Under the pieces are notes generated by a model. That model was not told the DNA's origin. It worked only from the letters and a program-made list of their open reading frames with translations, and did no database searches. A stretch of DNA of 64,000 nt, taken from assembly GCA_013265495.1 (NCBI GenBank), contig MU058289.1:682001-746000 (forward strand). The letters are read 5' to 3'. Positions 36,236-48,214 of the stretch are shown here, one piece after another; within the stretch, counting starts at the first letter, position 1; every line of letters starts with the position of its first letter. The position numbers and the translations under genes were made by a program. This DNA comes from Vicugna vicugna (taxonomy: Eukaryota).

Positions 36236-36735
36236 TGTTGTGGGACACAACGGTGGCTGGTTGGTGACATGGTGACGTGAGGGTTGGTAAAAGAATTTAC
36301 CAGAGATGAAGGAGGAGAATAGTAAAGGAGTTTATTAGGGGGACGCTGTGAGAGACAACAGCAGGCCACACAGACGAGAGGTTGTTGGGATCTTTTATAA
36401 GGTCGGGTCCCAAGGTGACTGATCGGCTTGTGCACTAGTCTCTGATTGGCTGTAGGTGAGGTAAGAGGTTTAGGGTCCGTGAAGGGCGGTGGGGTTGATG
36501 ACTGATAAGGTGGGCGCAACAAGCCAGCCTGAGCTACTGTGAGATTAGGCATTGCCTAGGGCTATCAGTTTGTTAGGGCAAACACGCCCTGTAAAGAATG
36601 TACTTTTTCTATTGAGGGATCACAAGCAGACGTCTGAGAGGGTGTCGTTGGACTTGGAAGGTTGTCATTTGGCCTCGCAGATTTCTCTACTGAGAATAGG
36701 ATGTATCAACACAAATGGTCGATTGCTTTGCATCA
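36236..36735 (-). mobile_element. Solo ERV1-type LTR (500 bp)
   Basis: TG...CA termini, 4-bp TSD gttc (36232-35 / 36736-39). On minus: CCAAT 36445-49, TATAAAA 36393-99, AATAAA 36331-36. Confidence 0.85.
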
Positions 36736-37218
36736 GTTCAATTGTCAGCGTGGCCTGTTTTCAGTTGTCCTGGTCAGATTGCCTCCACTGACTCTGGAAG
36801 TGTGACTGGGCCCAGTCCCTGCAGATGACACACAGCTGGAGGCAGACTGGCTTCAGAGTCAGCTAATCCAGTCCTGCTTCAATCACTTATTAGCTATAGG
36901 ATCTCAGTAAGAGGCTTCACCTCTCTGGGCCTATTCCCTCACCTGTAAAGTGGGAGCCGTGAGAATACCTGCCACGTGGCTATTGAGAAGATTGAAGAAG
37001 ACAGAGTCGGGCCAAGTCCTGAGGACAGTTTAGCTATTACTTTTATCCCTCCAGCCCAGATCTTCTCCCAACAGCTAGGCATCTTTCTGTTTAATCATTT
37101 TCCTTCAGCATCTTCCATTCATTAATTCCACCTAAGATACACCCATATACAACACCCACAAACACCATAAGAAAAAAACAGAATAAGAAAAAGCCACTTC
37201 CTTTTGCATGCTGCCAAA

Positions 37219-37224
37219 TTTATT
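37219..37224 (-). terminator. FFAR3 polyadenylation signal
   Basis: AATAAA about 555 nt after the stop, followed by GU-rich downstream element (rc of 37141-37170). Confidence 0.7.
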
Positions 37225-37778
37225 TAGGTGATTTTTCTTCTATCGTTTTTCATAAATGTCCTTGAAAATCTGAATTTACTGAACAGTGGGAATTTTCTGG
37301 ACAGGCCCACGTGAGAGCAGGATGCTCTTTTGTGCCTACAGCCCATGTCCCCACTCCTGATCTGCTGGGTCACTAGTTCTGTGGGGGTAGATTCTGCCTC
37401 TCTCCTGTCCCAGGTCACTGGGCAGCTCCTCTGGACCCTGGACACTGTTCTCACCTCCTCCTTTACCTTCAGAAAAGTGCAGGAGCTGGCCTGCTGCCCC
37501 GGAGAGCTCAGTTTCCTCCAGAGCCCTCTTTCACCTTGACTACTTCCCAGGGCCGAATGTGGGGGGATGGGAAGGGAGGAGTGTGGTGAGATGGAGAGCT
37601 GGATTTCGGTGAGCACATCCTGAGGAAAGCTGGGGGCCACCTCTGCCCCAGACTGCGTCAGTCCCCAGCCTGCCCCTCCAAGGTCCCACCTGACTTGAGT
37701 GAGGAACTGCTCCCAGGAATGATCTGCCTTTCAGCCCAGTCCACCCGGCCGCCCGCTCCAGCGCCCTCCTGGAGTCCA

Positions 37779-38768
37779 CTACCTGGTCTCTATGTTGGAC
37801 AGCTCCTGCGGCGGCCCCTCTCCTTCATTCTTCTTCAGTTTCACACAGCCTTGCTGCCTCCAAGAGCCCCAGGCCCCAGCCAACCTCCCCAACAGCCCCT
37901 TGAAGTCAGCTTGGAACCCAGATGATGAGAAGTAGTAGACAAGGGGGTCGACGCAGGAATTCAGGGTGCTGAGAAGCAGCACGTAACCTCTCCACGCCGG
38001 GCTTTTGCCTTGGATGTAGCCAATGACATGGGACACATTGTAGGGCCCAAAGCAGACGAGGAAGTTGAGCAGCGTGGCTGCCACGAGGCCCGCCACCCTC
38101 TTCCGCCGGCGATGGCTGGCTCCCCTGCCAAGGATGCACACCAGGCGGCTGTAGCAGTAGCTGGTGATGAGCAGGGGCACCCCGAAAAGGACCACAGCCA
38201 TCTCCAGCCGGACAGGCAGGAGAAGGGCCAGCTGATCCTCCCGGAATTCCAGGTAGCAGGTCCCGTTGATACCTGAGCTGTGGGAAGAGTTCCCCGAGAA
38301 CTCGGTGACGTAGACCACACTGCAGTGAGCGGCGGCCAGGAGCCAGCAGGCCCCGCTGACCAGGCCAGCCTGCCTCGGCCTCGGCCGGGTCTTGTACCAC
38401 ACAGGGTGGGCCACACTCAGGAAGCGTTCAATGCTCACAGCTGCCAGGAAGAGGGACGTGAGATAGATGGTGGTGAAGAAGAGGAATCCGGACAAGGGGC
38501 AGAAGATGAAGGGCAGGGGCCAGTGCATGCCACTGGCCGCCTCCACCATGCGGAAGGGCAGGAAGAGCAGCAGGAGCAGGTCCGAGAGGGTCAGGTTCAG
38601 CAAGAGCACGTCCACGGCCACCGGGCGGTGCCGGAGCTTGCTCACGAAGATCGCCAGGGCCACCAGGTTGAGGGGGAGCCCCAGGAGGAAGGTGAAGAGG
38701 TACACGGAGAAGTAGAGCCAGTGATTGCCGGGGAAGGAGGACCTGTCTGGGCTGGTGTCCATGGTCAT
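37779..38768 (-). CDS. FFAR3: Free fatty acid receptor 3 (GPR41), single coding exon
   Basis: MDTSPDRSSFPGNHWLYFSVY...ERF...CYLEFREDQL..PVRL..CFGPYNVSH..WR..DPLVYY; 7 TM. ATGs at 38768 and 38762 (accATGg); acceptor AG 38775-74. Confidence 0.97.
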   Translation of the reverse strand: MTMDTSPDRSSFPGNHWLYFSVYLFTFLLGLPLNLVALAIFVSKLRHRPVAVDVLLLNLTLSDLLLLLFLPFRMVEAASGMHWPLPFIFCPLSGFLFFTTIYLTSLFLAAVSIERFLSVAHPVWYKTRPRPRQAGLVSGACWLLAAAHCSVVYVTEFSGNSSHSSGINGTCYLEFREDQLALLLPVRLEMAVVLFGVPLLITSYCYSRLVCILGRGASHRRRKRVAGLVAATLLNFLVCFGPYNVSHVIGYIQGKSPAWRGYVLLLSTLNSCVDPLVYYFSSSGFQADFKGLLGRLAGAWGSWRQQGCVKLKKNEGEGPPQELSNIETR

Positions 38769-38999
38769 GGCCACTGGCGAGAGAGAGACAGAGATGGAAG
38801 CAGTCTGGGTGGGGATCTTGCACCATCTGCCTCTTGACTATCAGCAGGGAGCATCCCCACGCCCCCCATGCCCTCACGCCCCCCATGCTTTCCCCAGCAG
38901 AGTCAGCCTGCCTCTCTTCCTGGTGGTGCCCTGTCTCCTGTTCCCGTTCCCCAAGCACCAAGGCACCCTCCACAGAGCTCCTCAGGGCCCCGTGCTCAC

Positions 39000-39115
39000 C
39001 TGCTGGTTTGAGAGTGCTCTGCTGCTCGGCACCTTGCCGACTCCTCCACAACAAGTATGGTTAGCTATTATCTGGCAGAACTGATAAAAACCTAGCAGTG
39101 CCCATGACGTCACTC
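39000..39115 (-). promoter_or_regulatory. FFAR3: FFAR3 non-coding exon 1 / proximal promoter
   Basis: Donor cag|gtgagc at 39000/38999; GATA sites 39068-73 and 39082-87; full CRE TGACGTCA 39105-12. Confidence 0.6.
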
Positions 39116-39349
39116 ACTGTTGAGCAACAGCACACAAGATGCCTTTAGCTCCGTTAGCAGCGCTGCTGGGCCAGTACACAAATGAGGAGCAAATTCCACG
39201 ACTGTCTGCCTGCTTTGCTCCTCGGCAGCCTCAGAGGGGATGTCCTAACCAGGCCCTAGCAGACTTCATCATCTTCTCCCTGATCCTCCACTTGAATTTT
39301 ATCTGCTCCTCTAGAATGGCACTCATCCAGTTTGCCTTGTAAGGGCAGG

Positions 39350-39600
39350 AAGTGCGATGCAGTGATGGAGAGCGTGGGCTCTGGAGCCGGGGTTCAGGGC
39401 TGGCCCTGTCACTCACTAACTCCACGATTTGTGGCAAGTGACTTAAACCCTCTGTATGTGTGCTTTCTCATCTGTAAAACAAGGATAATTGTAGCACCGA
39501 TCTCATAGGGTTCTTGTGTAGATTAAACCATTAATATATGTCAGAGGCTTAGAATGGAGCCTGGCATGTTGTGGTGAGCACCGAACAGATGTCAGCTTCC
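39350..39600 (+). mobile_element. MIR
   Basis: ggcaagtgacttaaac..tttctcatctgtaaaac..gataat core. Confidence 0.75.
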
Positions 39601-39844
39601 ATCATCCCAGTCACTGGTGCGGGCTTGTCTCTGGGGTGATCGTAATAGTGATGATGATGGCAGTGATGGTGACAGCTATGTTTTAGTGGGCGTGTAATCT
39701 ACAGCAGACATACTGCTTCTCAGGGCATCACCATATGTCTTTTTTTTTTTTTGAGAAATTATTGTTTTACTGAAAGTTAAGTGTGGGGAAAAAGGGAAAG
39801 GGATTTCCATAAGATGTGAGATAACAAGACCCTTTAACATGTCT

Positions 39845-40195
39845 TTTTTTTTTCACTTTACAATGTTGTATTTTCTGGTGACCAATCTAGTGATTCAGTA
39901 TATATATAACTTTATAACTTTATAAATATATACATTGTTTTTTATTATGGTTTACTACAGGCCACTGAATATAGTTCCCTGTGCTATACAGTAGGACCTT
40001 GCTATTTATCTATTCTTTACACAGTAGTTTGTATCTGCCAATCTCAAATTCCCAATTTATCCCTCCCTCCCCTCTTTCCCCCCCTGGTTCGTTTGTTTTC
40101 TATGTCTGTGAGTCTCTTGCTGTTCTATAAATGAGTTCATTTTTGTCATTTTTTTTATATTCCACGTATATGTGATATCATATGATATTTGTCTC
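39845..40195 (-). mobile_element. L1 3' fragment
   Basis: gttccctgtgctatacagtaggaccttg...tttgttttctatgtctgtgagtct. Confidence 0.8.
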
Positions 40196-40342
40196 ATCCC
40201 CATATGTCTGGAAATCCTCACGGTGGGGAAGTGACTCGCTGCAGGTAATATAGTTTGTTAAGTATCACCAGCAGGGTTCAAACCCAACTTCTGTCCAGCT
40301 TCAGAGATTATGTCCTCATTCATTCAAATATTTACGGAGTGC

Positions 40343-41025
40343 AGTGAGATATCATTTCACACCCAGCAGAATGGCTATACACACAAAAAAAATTCAGATA
40401 ATACCAAGTGTTGGCAAGGATGCGGAGAAATGGGAATCCTCATACATTGCTGGAGTCACTTTGGAAAGCAGTTTCTTAAAAAGATAAACACAAATCTACC
40501 ATGCAACCCAGTTCTTCTGTAAGTATCTACTTAAGAGAAGTTCAAACATTTGTCCACACAGAGACTTGCTCATAATAGCATTTTTCAGGGTAGCCAAAGA
40601 GTGGAAACATCACCTGGTGGTCCATCAGTTAGTGAATGGGTAAACCATGTGGCATAGCTATCTGGTGGAATACTATTTGGCAAAGAAAAAGGAATGAAAT
40701 ACCCATGCATACTGTCACATGGATGGACCTCAAAAATATTACTCTAAGTGCCACCAGCCAAACACAGAAGACTATGAATGTTTCCATTTTTACCAAATGT
40801 CCAGAACAGGCAAATTTATAAGAACAGAAAGTAGGTTACTTGTTGCCTGGGGACTGAGAATGGAAATGGGATTAACTATAACTAAGCCTTACTGGGGTGA
40901 TGAAAATGATCTAAACTGGATTACAGTGATAATTGCACTCTTCAGAAAATTCACTAAAAATGGTGGAATTGTACACTGAAAATGGGTTACTTTTATCATA
41001 GGTAACTTTTATCTCAAATACGTTG
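40343..41025 (+). mobile_element. Old L1 3' end
   Basis: ataccaagtgttggcaaggatgcggagaaatgggaatcctcatacattgct...atggatggacctcaaaaa. Confidence 0.8.
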
Positions 41026-42964
41026 TTAGAAGTATAGCTGTGAACAAAGCAAAGTTTCTGTTGTCATGGTGCTGGCACTTGGTGGCGGGGGGTGTCCTTG
41101 CGGGGACTGAGTTGTGAGAGGATAATAAGACATCGGTAATACAGAGGCAGAGAACCCCTGCAGGAAACAGTGCACTGGCCTGAGGTTCAGGGCCCGAGGG
41201 GTGACGGTCATGAGAGGATGCTGGGGGACCCCAGGAGGAGCTGAAATCTCCCCCAAGTGGAGGAGGCACAAGTAACTGGAAGAAGTGGCCTGGCAGCAGC
41301 AGGCACTCCGGCTCAGTGGGAGAGAGACTGGTTCTGGCGTTACAGGAGGGGCAGAGGGCCACCTGGGCTGGAATTCGGGCTGTGATTGACAGTCCCTGGT
41401 GTCACCAGCGCGCAGAGAACAAACCTGTTTCTGCCTTCGGTGGCACCTCCGGCAAGTTACTTAACTTGTAGGGCATATTTCCACATTTCTTAACCGAGGT
41501 AATAAAACATTCTTTGGAGGGCTGTTATGAACCTTCATTCATTCAGCAAATATTTACTGAGAGCCTACTATGTGCTTGGCTGTCTTCTAGATGCTGGGGT
41601 TACGTTGACAAGGAAAACAAAAATCCTTTCCCTTGTAGACGGTTAAGCATGCAAAGAGATGACTTGTATAAACCAGTTTGTGCACGCCAGGCACGTAGCT
41701 ACCACTTTTTTGCTTTTGTGTGTTCATGTCATTGTCATTAGAGGAACAAGTCTGCTTGCTACACCTCGCCTCATCCGAGCGGGTGCCCGATGTTAATCTC
41801 TTGTGGCCACTCTCCTCTGCCCACTCTCTCGCTCGGGTTCAGGGCACTACCATTCAGCTTCGCAAAAGGGACCACAAGGATGGGTATTAATCCTGATACC
41901 TCAAGTTTTCCAACTGTCCCCCCATCCTTGGAGGGTCCTGCCTTGAAGGATCACATCCTACACTCGCGTCTTCACTGCTGTAGGACCTCGGGCAAATTTC
42001 TTAACCCCACAAAATAAAGACGATATTAACTCCTGGTTCTGGGACTGTGGCTACCTCATGCAGCACCTGAGTGCAAATTAGGAAAAGGTACCCCCTCTGG
42101 TGAGCACAGCCCCCCATCATGGTGCACTGCTTAAGGAGTGGGTGGCGTCTTTGTTCAAAGTAGAATACGTAGCTCCTTCCCTTGGATGGAAGCAGCCCCA
42201 TGCCAAGCACGTGGCTTGGTGAGCAAAGCATAGGCTGGCATTCACTCAGTGTTTACGCCTCTGCCGGTCACCCTTGTGCAGTGAGCAACCTGCTCAACTG
42301 TACAGCAGTCGTGTGGCTAAATCAAAGGATTGTGCGAGGATGAAATAAGACACTTGTGAAGCACTTGGCATGGTACTTGTCCTGTATTAGAGACTCTGTA
42401 TTTGTTTGCGACTGTTTCTGGTGTTGCGAGTGTATTCTCCCACCCTGCTGCCGCATCTTTTCCTACCAACTTCCTGTTCCCAGTTCCAATGCTGCCCCCT
42501 TGTGAGTTCTAAATGATATAGCAGTGTCATTATCTTGCCTCCTGGCTCTTATTCACAAATTTAAAATGTTCTTTCCTAGGAAATGATTTTGGAGTAACAT
42601 CTCCCAAAGTGTACCATCAGAGTGGCAGCTCCTCTAGCTTAGAGGCAAACTTCCCACCTCCTTCCCCATGTGGGGCACAGGCGGACAGGCCAGTCAGGAC
42701 TAGAGAAGAGAGACAGACAGAGGTGGGAAGTCACGCTGATTTGTGCAGAGGCCAGCTTACCTTCCTCCTGCGTCCCAGCTCCAGGCCTCCATTCTCTGTG
42801 ACTGTGATGCCGTCTTCTGCCAGGCTCAGTTCTTCCCGTAAGTGGCTCCAGGGATGCCCCCAGGCAAGGCCACCCTGCAGTTCCTTTGGAGCAGGGCCTC
42901 GCCAGGAGCCTAGAGAAGCAGTCAGGCTCTTCTGCACCCTGCCCCTTCCCCCTCACCGTGGCTA

Positions 42965-43867
42965 TTACTTCTGGGATGGCCCTCCTTTTGTTCTTGCCAC
43001 ACATGCTGTCCCCCGGCCAGTACGCGCTCCCAAATAGCCGGTCACCAGCGGGTTGAGCACCACACTCCAAGCACCTGTGATGAGCCCCAGCTTCCGCCAG
43101 CGGCTTCCCAGGTTGGGGTGCAGGAAGCCAGCCACGTTGGAGGCATTGTAGGGTCCTAAGCAGAGCAGCAGTGTGAGCAGAGCCCCGCCGGCCACCCAGG
43201 CCGCCCTGAGCTTCCGTCTGTGGCTCAGGCCTGAGCGGGCCAGTGCCCGAAGGCAGCCCACGTAGCAGAAGGCTGTGATGGTCAGGGGCAGAAAGAAGAG
43301 CAGGAGAGAGAGGCTGAGGCGAGCAGGGCCCGCAGAGGCCGGGTCCCAGGCCTCCAGGCAGACCGGAGAGCCGTTGACTGGTGTGTTGATGCCCAGGGGG
43401 CTGGTGGTATTGTCCATCCAGCCTCCCGGAGCCTCCAACCCAAAGACCAATCCCAAGTGACAGAGGACGAGGGCCCATATAGCCACGCACACGCCCCAGG
43501 AGTAGCGCGGCCTCCGGGCGGCTTGGTAGCCCAAGGGGAAGGCGGCACCCAGGTAGCGGCCCACACTCAGGGCGGCCAGGAAGCCCCCGCCCGCGTAGAG
43601 GGGAGCGAAGTGGACCAGGGCGAAGGCGGGACAGAGAGGGGCCGGCAGAGGCCAGGCTCCCTCGGCCAGCGCCTCCACCGCCTTCAGGGGCAGGGAGGTC
43701 GCCAGCAGGAGGTCAGAGCAGCCCAGGTGGAGGGTGTAGACGAGGCTGGGGGTGAGGCGGAGCCGGGCGTGGGACACGGCGCCCGCGATGGCCAGCGTGT
43801 TGAGCGGGAAGCCCAGCGCAAAGGCGGCCATGTAGAGGGCGAAGGAGAGCTGCGGGGGCAGGTCCAT
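42965..43867 (-). CDS. FFAR1: Free fatty acid receptor 1 (GPR40), 300 aa
   Basis: [23 protein letters not shown]...GRYLGAAFP...[17 protein letters not shown]...[31 protein letters not shown]; 903 nt. Confidence 0.98.
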   Translation of the reverse strand: MDLPPQLSFALYMAAFALGFPLNTLAIAGAVSHARLRLTPSLVYTLHLGCSDLLLATSLPLKAVEALAEGAWPLPAPLCPAFALVHFAPLYAGGGFLAALSVGRYLGAAFPLGYQAARRPRYSWGVCVAIWALVLCHLGLVFGLEAPGGWMDNTTSPLGINTPVNGSPVCLEAWDPASAGPARLSLSLLLFFLPLTITAFCYVGCLRALARSGLSHRRKLRAAWVAGGALLTLLLCLGPYNASNVAGFLHPNLGSRWRKLGLITGAWSVVLNPLVTGYLGARTGRGTACVARTKGGPSQK

Positions 43868-43977
43868 GGGGCCACCCCTGCGCTCCGCGTGCTGCCTGCC
43901 CTCAGATCTCGGGGCCGGGGAAGGGGAGCTCCTGGGGTCACAGGCTGGTTTCAGCACTGCTGCTCGGGATGGGAGAC

Positions 43978-44576
43978 CTGAGTGGACAGGTGCCCATAGA
44001 GGGAGGGAGCAGCCCGTTAGCCGTGGAGCTGGTTTAGAAGCAAGGACCTCTAGCTCTCAGTCCTCTGCTTTCCTTCCACCACATCCCCTCCCTTAAAATG
44101 GAGAGAGCGACCTCAGTGTAACAGGAGGAGATGGAACACAGCGTGCAGGTCCCATAAGAGGGAAGTCCTCTTGATTTCTGAGACTCTGGGGAGACAAGGG
44201 GTAGAGAGAATTTCAGGACAGAGTTGAGCCTGACAGTATGTGTTTTTCTTAGGAGTGGAAGTTAGACTCCCGTGTTCGCGCCCTTCCCTCAAATCCCTGG
44301 AAAGAGGAGCTGCCCCAAACCCCCCACCCCCCACTGCCAGTAGGCAGGTCAGGGTGATGGCAACTCCAAGCTAAGGCAGGGAGAAGCTAGGTTTGGCTAA
44401 GGTAGAGGTTGTGGCAAAGGGCCGGAGCAGAGGGCTCCGGGGGAGGGTCCAGGGATAAGTCATCAGTGTCACGGGGAATGACACCAGCAGCCTTTTGGGG
44501 AATCCCCAAGCAGGGACATCTGGGGGTCTGGGGAATAACTGCTGTGGGGAGAGAAGCCACAGAAAGAGGGACTCAC
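43978..44576 (-). other. FFAR1: Predicted FFAR1 5'-UTR intron
   Basis: Donor gag|gtgagt at 44577/44576; branch CTAAC 44020-16; acceptor cag| at 43978. Confidence 0.6.
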
Positions 44577-44730
44577 CTCTTGGTGCTGCCAGATGTCTCT
44601 GAGGCTCAGGAGTCCCCCGAGGGAGGGTGGCCAGGATAGGCAGTGAACTGGAAAAGAGAGGAGGGCGGAGTGGCAGGGCCATTAGCCTGAGGCCCTCGCA
44701 GCCTGGATGAGCAGCTAATGGGGCATCTCA
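44577..44730 (-). promoter_or_regulatory. FFAR1: FFAR1 exon 1/promoter with PDX1-type TAAT boxes, GC box and E-box
   Basis: CTAATG at 44715-20, its reverse at 44680-85, GGGCGG 44663-68, CAGATG 44590-95. Confidence 0.5.
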
Positions 44731-46764
44731 GGCTGGAACTGAGGCCAGACTGAAGGAGGTGAGGGTCCAAGGTGATGCGAACACAGGAAGGGGAGAGGTT
44801 AGCAATGTTGGGTTTTTCTGGCCAAGTGAGGAACATAGCACTTTTAAAGAGCAGGGTTGGTGGGGTACAAACTGCCAGAGCATAACGGTATTCCCCCCCC
44901 CACCCCCAACCGCCTGTGCAAACCTGCTCTGGGGGCTAAGTCTTTTCTCCTGAGCTCGTGAGCTGGCCCTGGGCTCACTCCACTCCCTTCACTCACCCAA
45001 CCATCTCCTCGTGGCAGTTAGCACGTGGGACAATGAGATCTGCGTTCCCAGTTGGAGCTTCCGCTCTCCCCCGACCGGTGCAGGCCTCGGGCTCCTCCAT
45101 CTCCCTCTCCTTTCCCCTCTGGCTTGATGACAGTGGTTGCTGACCCTCGCGGTGCGGATGGGAGCAGGGAGGAGGAGAGACAGGGAGCAAGTACAGTCTT
45201 GCTTGGTGGCGCTAAGGTGCCCGGGCTGTGGTCGCCACTCTGGGCTGCACGAATGTCAAAGGGGATGCCTCTCTGGGGCACCTGTAGGGACGCTGGGTGA
45301 TGCTCGCTAAGACACAGATGGCTCATGCCTCCAGCTGAATGCTTAACTTTCCTCTCAACCTGGGAAGTTCAGGGGGTTACCTCCCTGGGGGTCACCTGGC
45401 CCTTCTAGGAAGACCTCCTAAGTGAGATTTAGAGATTACAGGCCATCTCTGTAATTCTATCTCTCTGCCTCTCTCCCTCTGTCTCTTCCCTGCCTCTGAC
45501 TGACAATACAGTTTTCTTGGTTGTATGTCAGTCACCAGGTCGCCGTGCCCCCTCCTCCCCAAATTCCAAGTCACCCAGAATAAGCCTCTCTGAGTGGTTT
45601 TTCTGGAAGTGCTTCCCACCCAGGCTTCAAGCGCAGGCAGCAGGAGATTCTCAGCTTACCCACAACTCCCTTCAAAGAAATGATCTAATTTCCTTCAGTG
45701 ACTAAATTGACTCTCGGTCACCTCCCTCCCAAGTCCTGTATCTGTCGTCCAGTGCATCCCTTGGAGTGCAGAAGAATGGGACATCTGTTGTGTAGTATTC
45801 TGTCTTTGGGGAGCACTGAGGAGCTGACAACCCAGGGAAAAATCAGCAGGAGCGCCATTTCACCTCCTGTGGCAAGCCTTTGGGAGAAGAGCGAGGCCAG
45901 GTGCACAGGGAGGGAGACCGCACGTCTTCGAGCTCTTCTTGCCTTGGCCCTCTCACCTGGCAATTCAGGTGTCTGCCCAGTGTCACCTGCTCAGAGGGTC
46001 TTCCTTGACCCCAGCATCCCAAACAGCTCCCCTTGTCCAGTCCCTCTGTTTTCATCTCACGTTGTGTCTATCCCAAGCAGCCACGCCTCTGTGACATCAG
46101 CTTTGCTAGCTCCTCTGCTAGAACGTTGGCCAGTGAAGCCAGAGACTTGTCTGCTGTGTCCATTGCTTGCTGCATACATAGTAGGGACTCAGTGAGTCGG
46201 ATGAATGGTCAATTGCCTGGGCCCTGGAAGGACAGTGAGATCTGGGGCTGGGTCGTGGGCCACCTGTGTCCTGGAGTCCCTGTCCTCAGCGCTGCCCAGT
46301 CACCTGCTGTGCACGCCTCGGCGGGGCCTGTCGACAGGCAGATCTCTCGGTCAATTGGTCGTGAAGTAGGTTTATATCAGCAGCCAGGCTTGGGGACAGG
46401 ATGGGAAGACATGGCTGGGTGCCAGGTAGTCTGTGCCACGCCTCATCAGGATGGCGGCTGCCTTCAGCTCCTAAAACACTTTGGGCACCCTAGACTAGAG
46501 ATCCCCAAGATTAAGACCAGGTCACGTCTCTGTTGAACCCCCAACAACTGGCTCTGTGCTGGATGAAGTGGTAAGTGTTTAGTAGATGTTTGCTGGGTAA
46601 GGGGTTGAATAATACTGGCCCCCAAACCCTCCCCATCTCATTTCAGCAGTTCTCAATGCCTTCCCTTTCTCCAGAAATGCAAATGGTGCTCACGAGAAAT
46701 TAAACTAGGGACAAAGTGGGTGGATGGGGAAATCAGTGCTCCACTCTGCCATTGGTATCCCAAA

Positions 46765-47404
46765 TGAGACAGGATGGAAGAGGGCAGGGTACAGCCAATC
46801 AAGGAATGACAGCAATTTAGCACCAAAATGGTGGAAGATTCACCTCCTAGTTGGCCTTGAGGATTAACAGGTTTAACTTCTAGTAGACCTTGAGCTCCAT
46901 TATATGCTCATTGTAACAGCACGATCAAATAACATGCCCTCAGGCACCATGACAGCCCCAAGGCAAACTGCAAAAGGCCAAAGGATGGGCGGTGGCCCAA
47001 TGCCTGGGAATCCCAGCCCCTTCCCCAGGGCAATTGGATTGATCCCACCTGTAGACCTGTGAAGCTACTGAGACCATAAAAAGTGACACCACCACGCCTA
47101 GTGGCCCTTGGCGCTCTTCTCTCCCCTTCGGAGACGGCCCGCACTCTGTCTATGGAGTGTGTACCCACTTTGACTTAAACCTGAGCACCCAATTCCCACA
47201 CCTCTTTCCTTGCCTTTCTCTTGCCTTATACTCTGTGCAGTATGTATCTCTCTAAATAAATCTACCTTTACTCAATGGTGGCTCATGCTTGAATTCTTTC
47301 CTTTGTGAAGCCAAGGACCCACACTTGGCGGGGCACATCCCAGGGGCTCAACCAAGACCTGGGCCTCGGCCCTCCTCACACCCCACATCCGTTTTCCTGC
47401 ATCA
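46765..47404 (+). mobile_element. Solo LTR (640 bp)
   Basis: tgagac...tgcatca termini; TSD caaa/caag; CCAAT; AATAAA 47255-60. Confidence 0.8.
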
Positions 47405-48208
47405 CAAGGACGACCTGAACATCTCCTCTCCGAGAGCATCTGGTGTGGGGCAGACGGGAAAGGAAGGCGCACTTTTGAAGCACCCACCACAGGTCAGGAG
47501 TTTTACGGCCATCTTACTGATTGACTTACCACGAGCTCCCACCTCAAAGGGTGGGCCTTGGCCCTTTGGCAGAAGCAGGAGGCTGGGTGGAGAGAGAACA
47601 GACCGAGAAGCGGAAGGGAAGTCCGAAGGACCTCCCTGGCAAGTGGGAGTTAGTGCACACAACAGAGAACCAGTGAGGGTGACGGGGGAAGACAGAAAAG
47701 CCATGAGGTTTCTCACTGCAGCTGGCCATCAAGAAGTCAGGCAACTGTGGGTTGTGAAAGAACTTAGCTGGGTCACTTTTAAGAATAGCTGTGAGTAGTG
47801 AATTGGCTTCCTCTTTTCACAGTCTTCAAGAGATGCAAATCAGATGGGAATTTGGTATTTAGGGACTTTGGGCTATTGTGTTAGCCTTCTTATATATAAT
47901 ATGACATAAGATTATATCTCACTTCCTATCTTGAACCACCACTTTACAATAGATGAAAATGAGGCTCAGAGAAGCTGGCGAACTTTGCCCAAGATCACTG
48001 GCTGGTTAAGTAGAAGAGTGTGCCTGCCTGCAGAGCCAATGCCCTCTTTACAACAAGACAATGAACTCTCTGATCTGCTGATTGGATCGTGAAATCACCT
48101 TTCCCCTCTCCCCAAACCCCATGATGCCTCCCCCTTTGCCCTGTCCCCACTCAGACTCTGCAGACTGGAAGTTGTTCACTGGCTCTTTGGTGTGGTACCT
48201 GAGCCATT

Positions 48209-48214
48209 TTTATT
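48209..48214 (-). terminator. CD22: CD22 polyadenylation signal
   Basis: AATAAA about 665 nt after the stop. Confidence 0.75.

Noticed and set aside
37906..39084. Overlapping alternative-frame and antisense ORFs over FFAR3 (likewise over FFAR1 and CD22 exons)
   Set aside because: Expected shadows of GC-rich coding sequence with no independent protein signature.
43868..43957. 30-aa N-terminal extension of FFAR1 in the ORF track
   Set aside because: Starts at a non-ATG codon in the 5' UTR; the conserved start is MDLPP at 43867.
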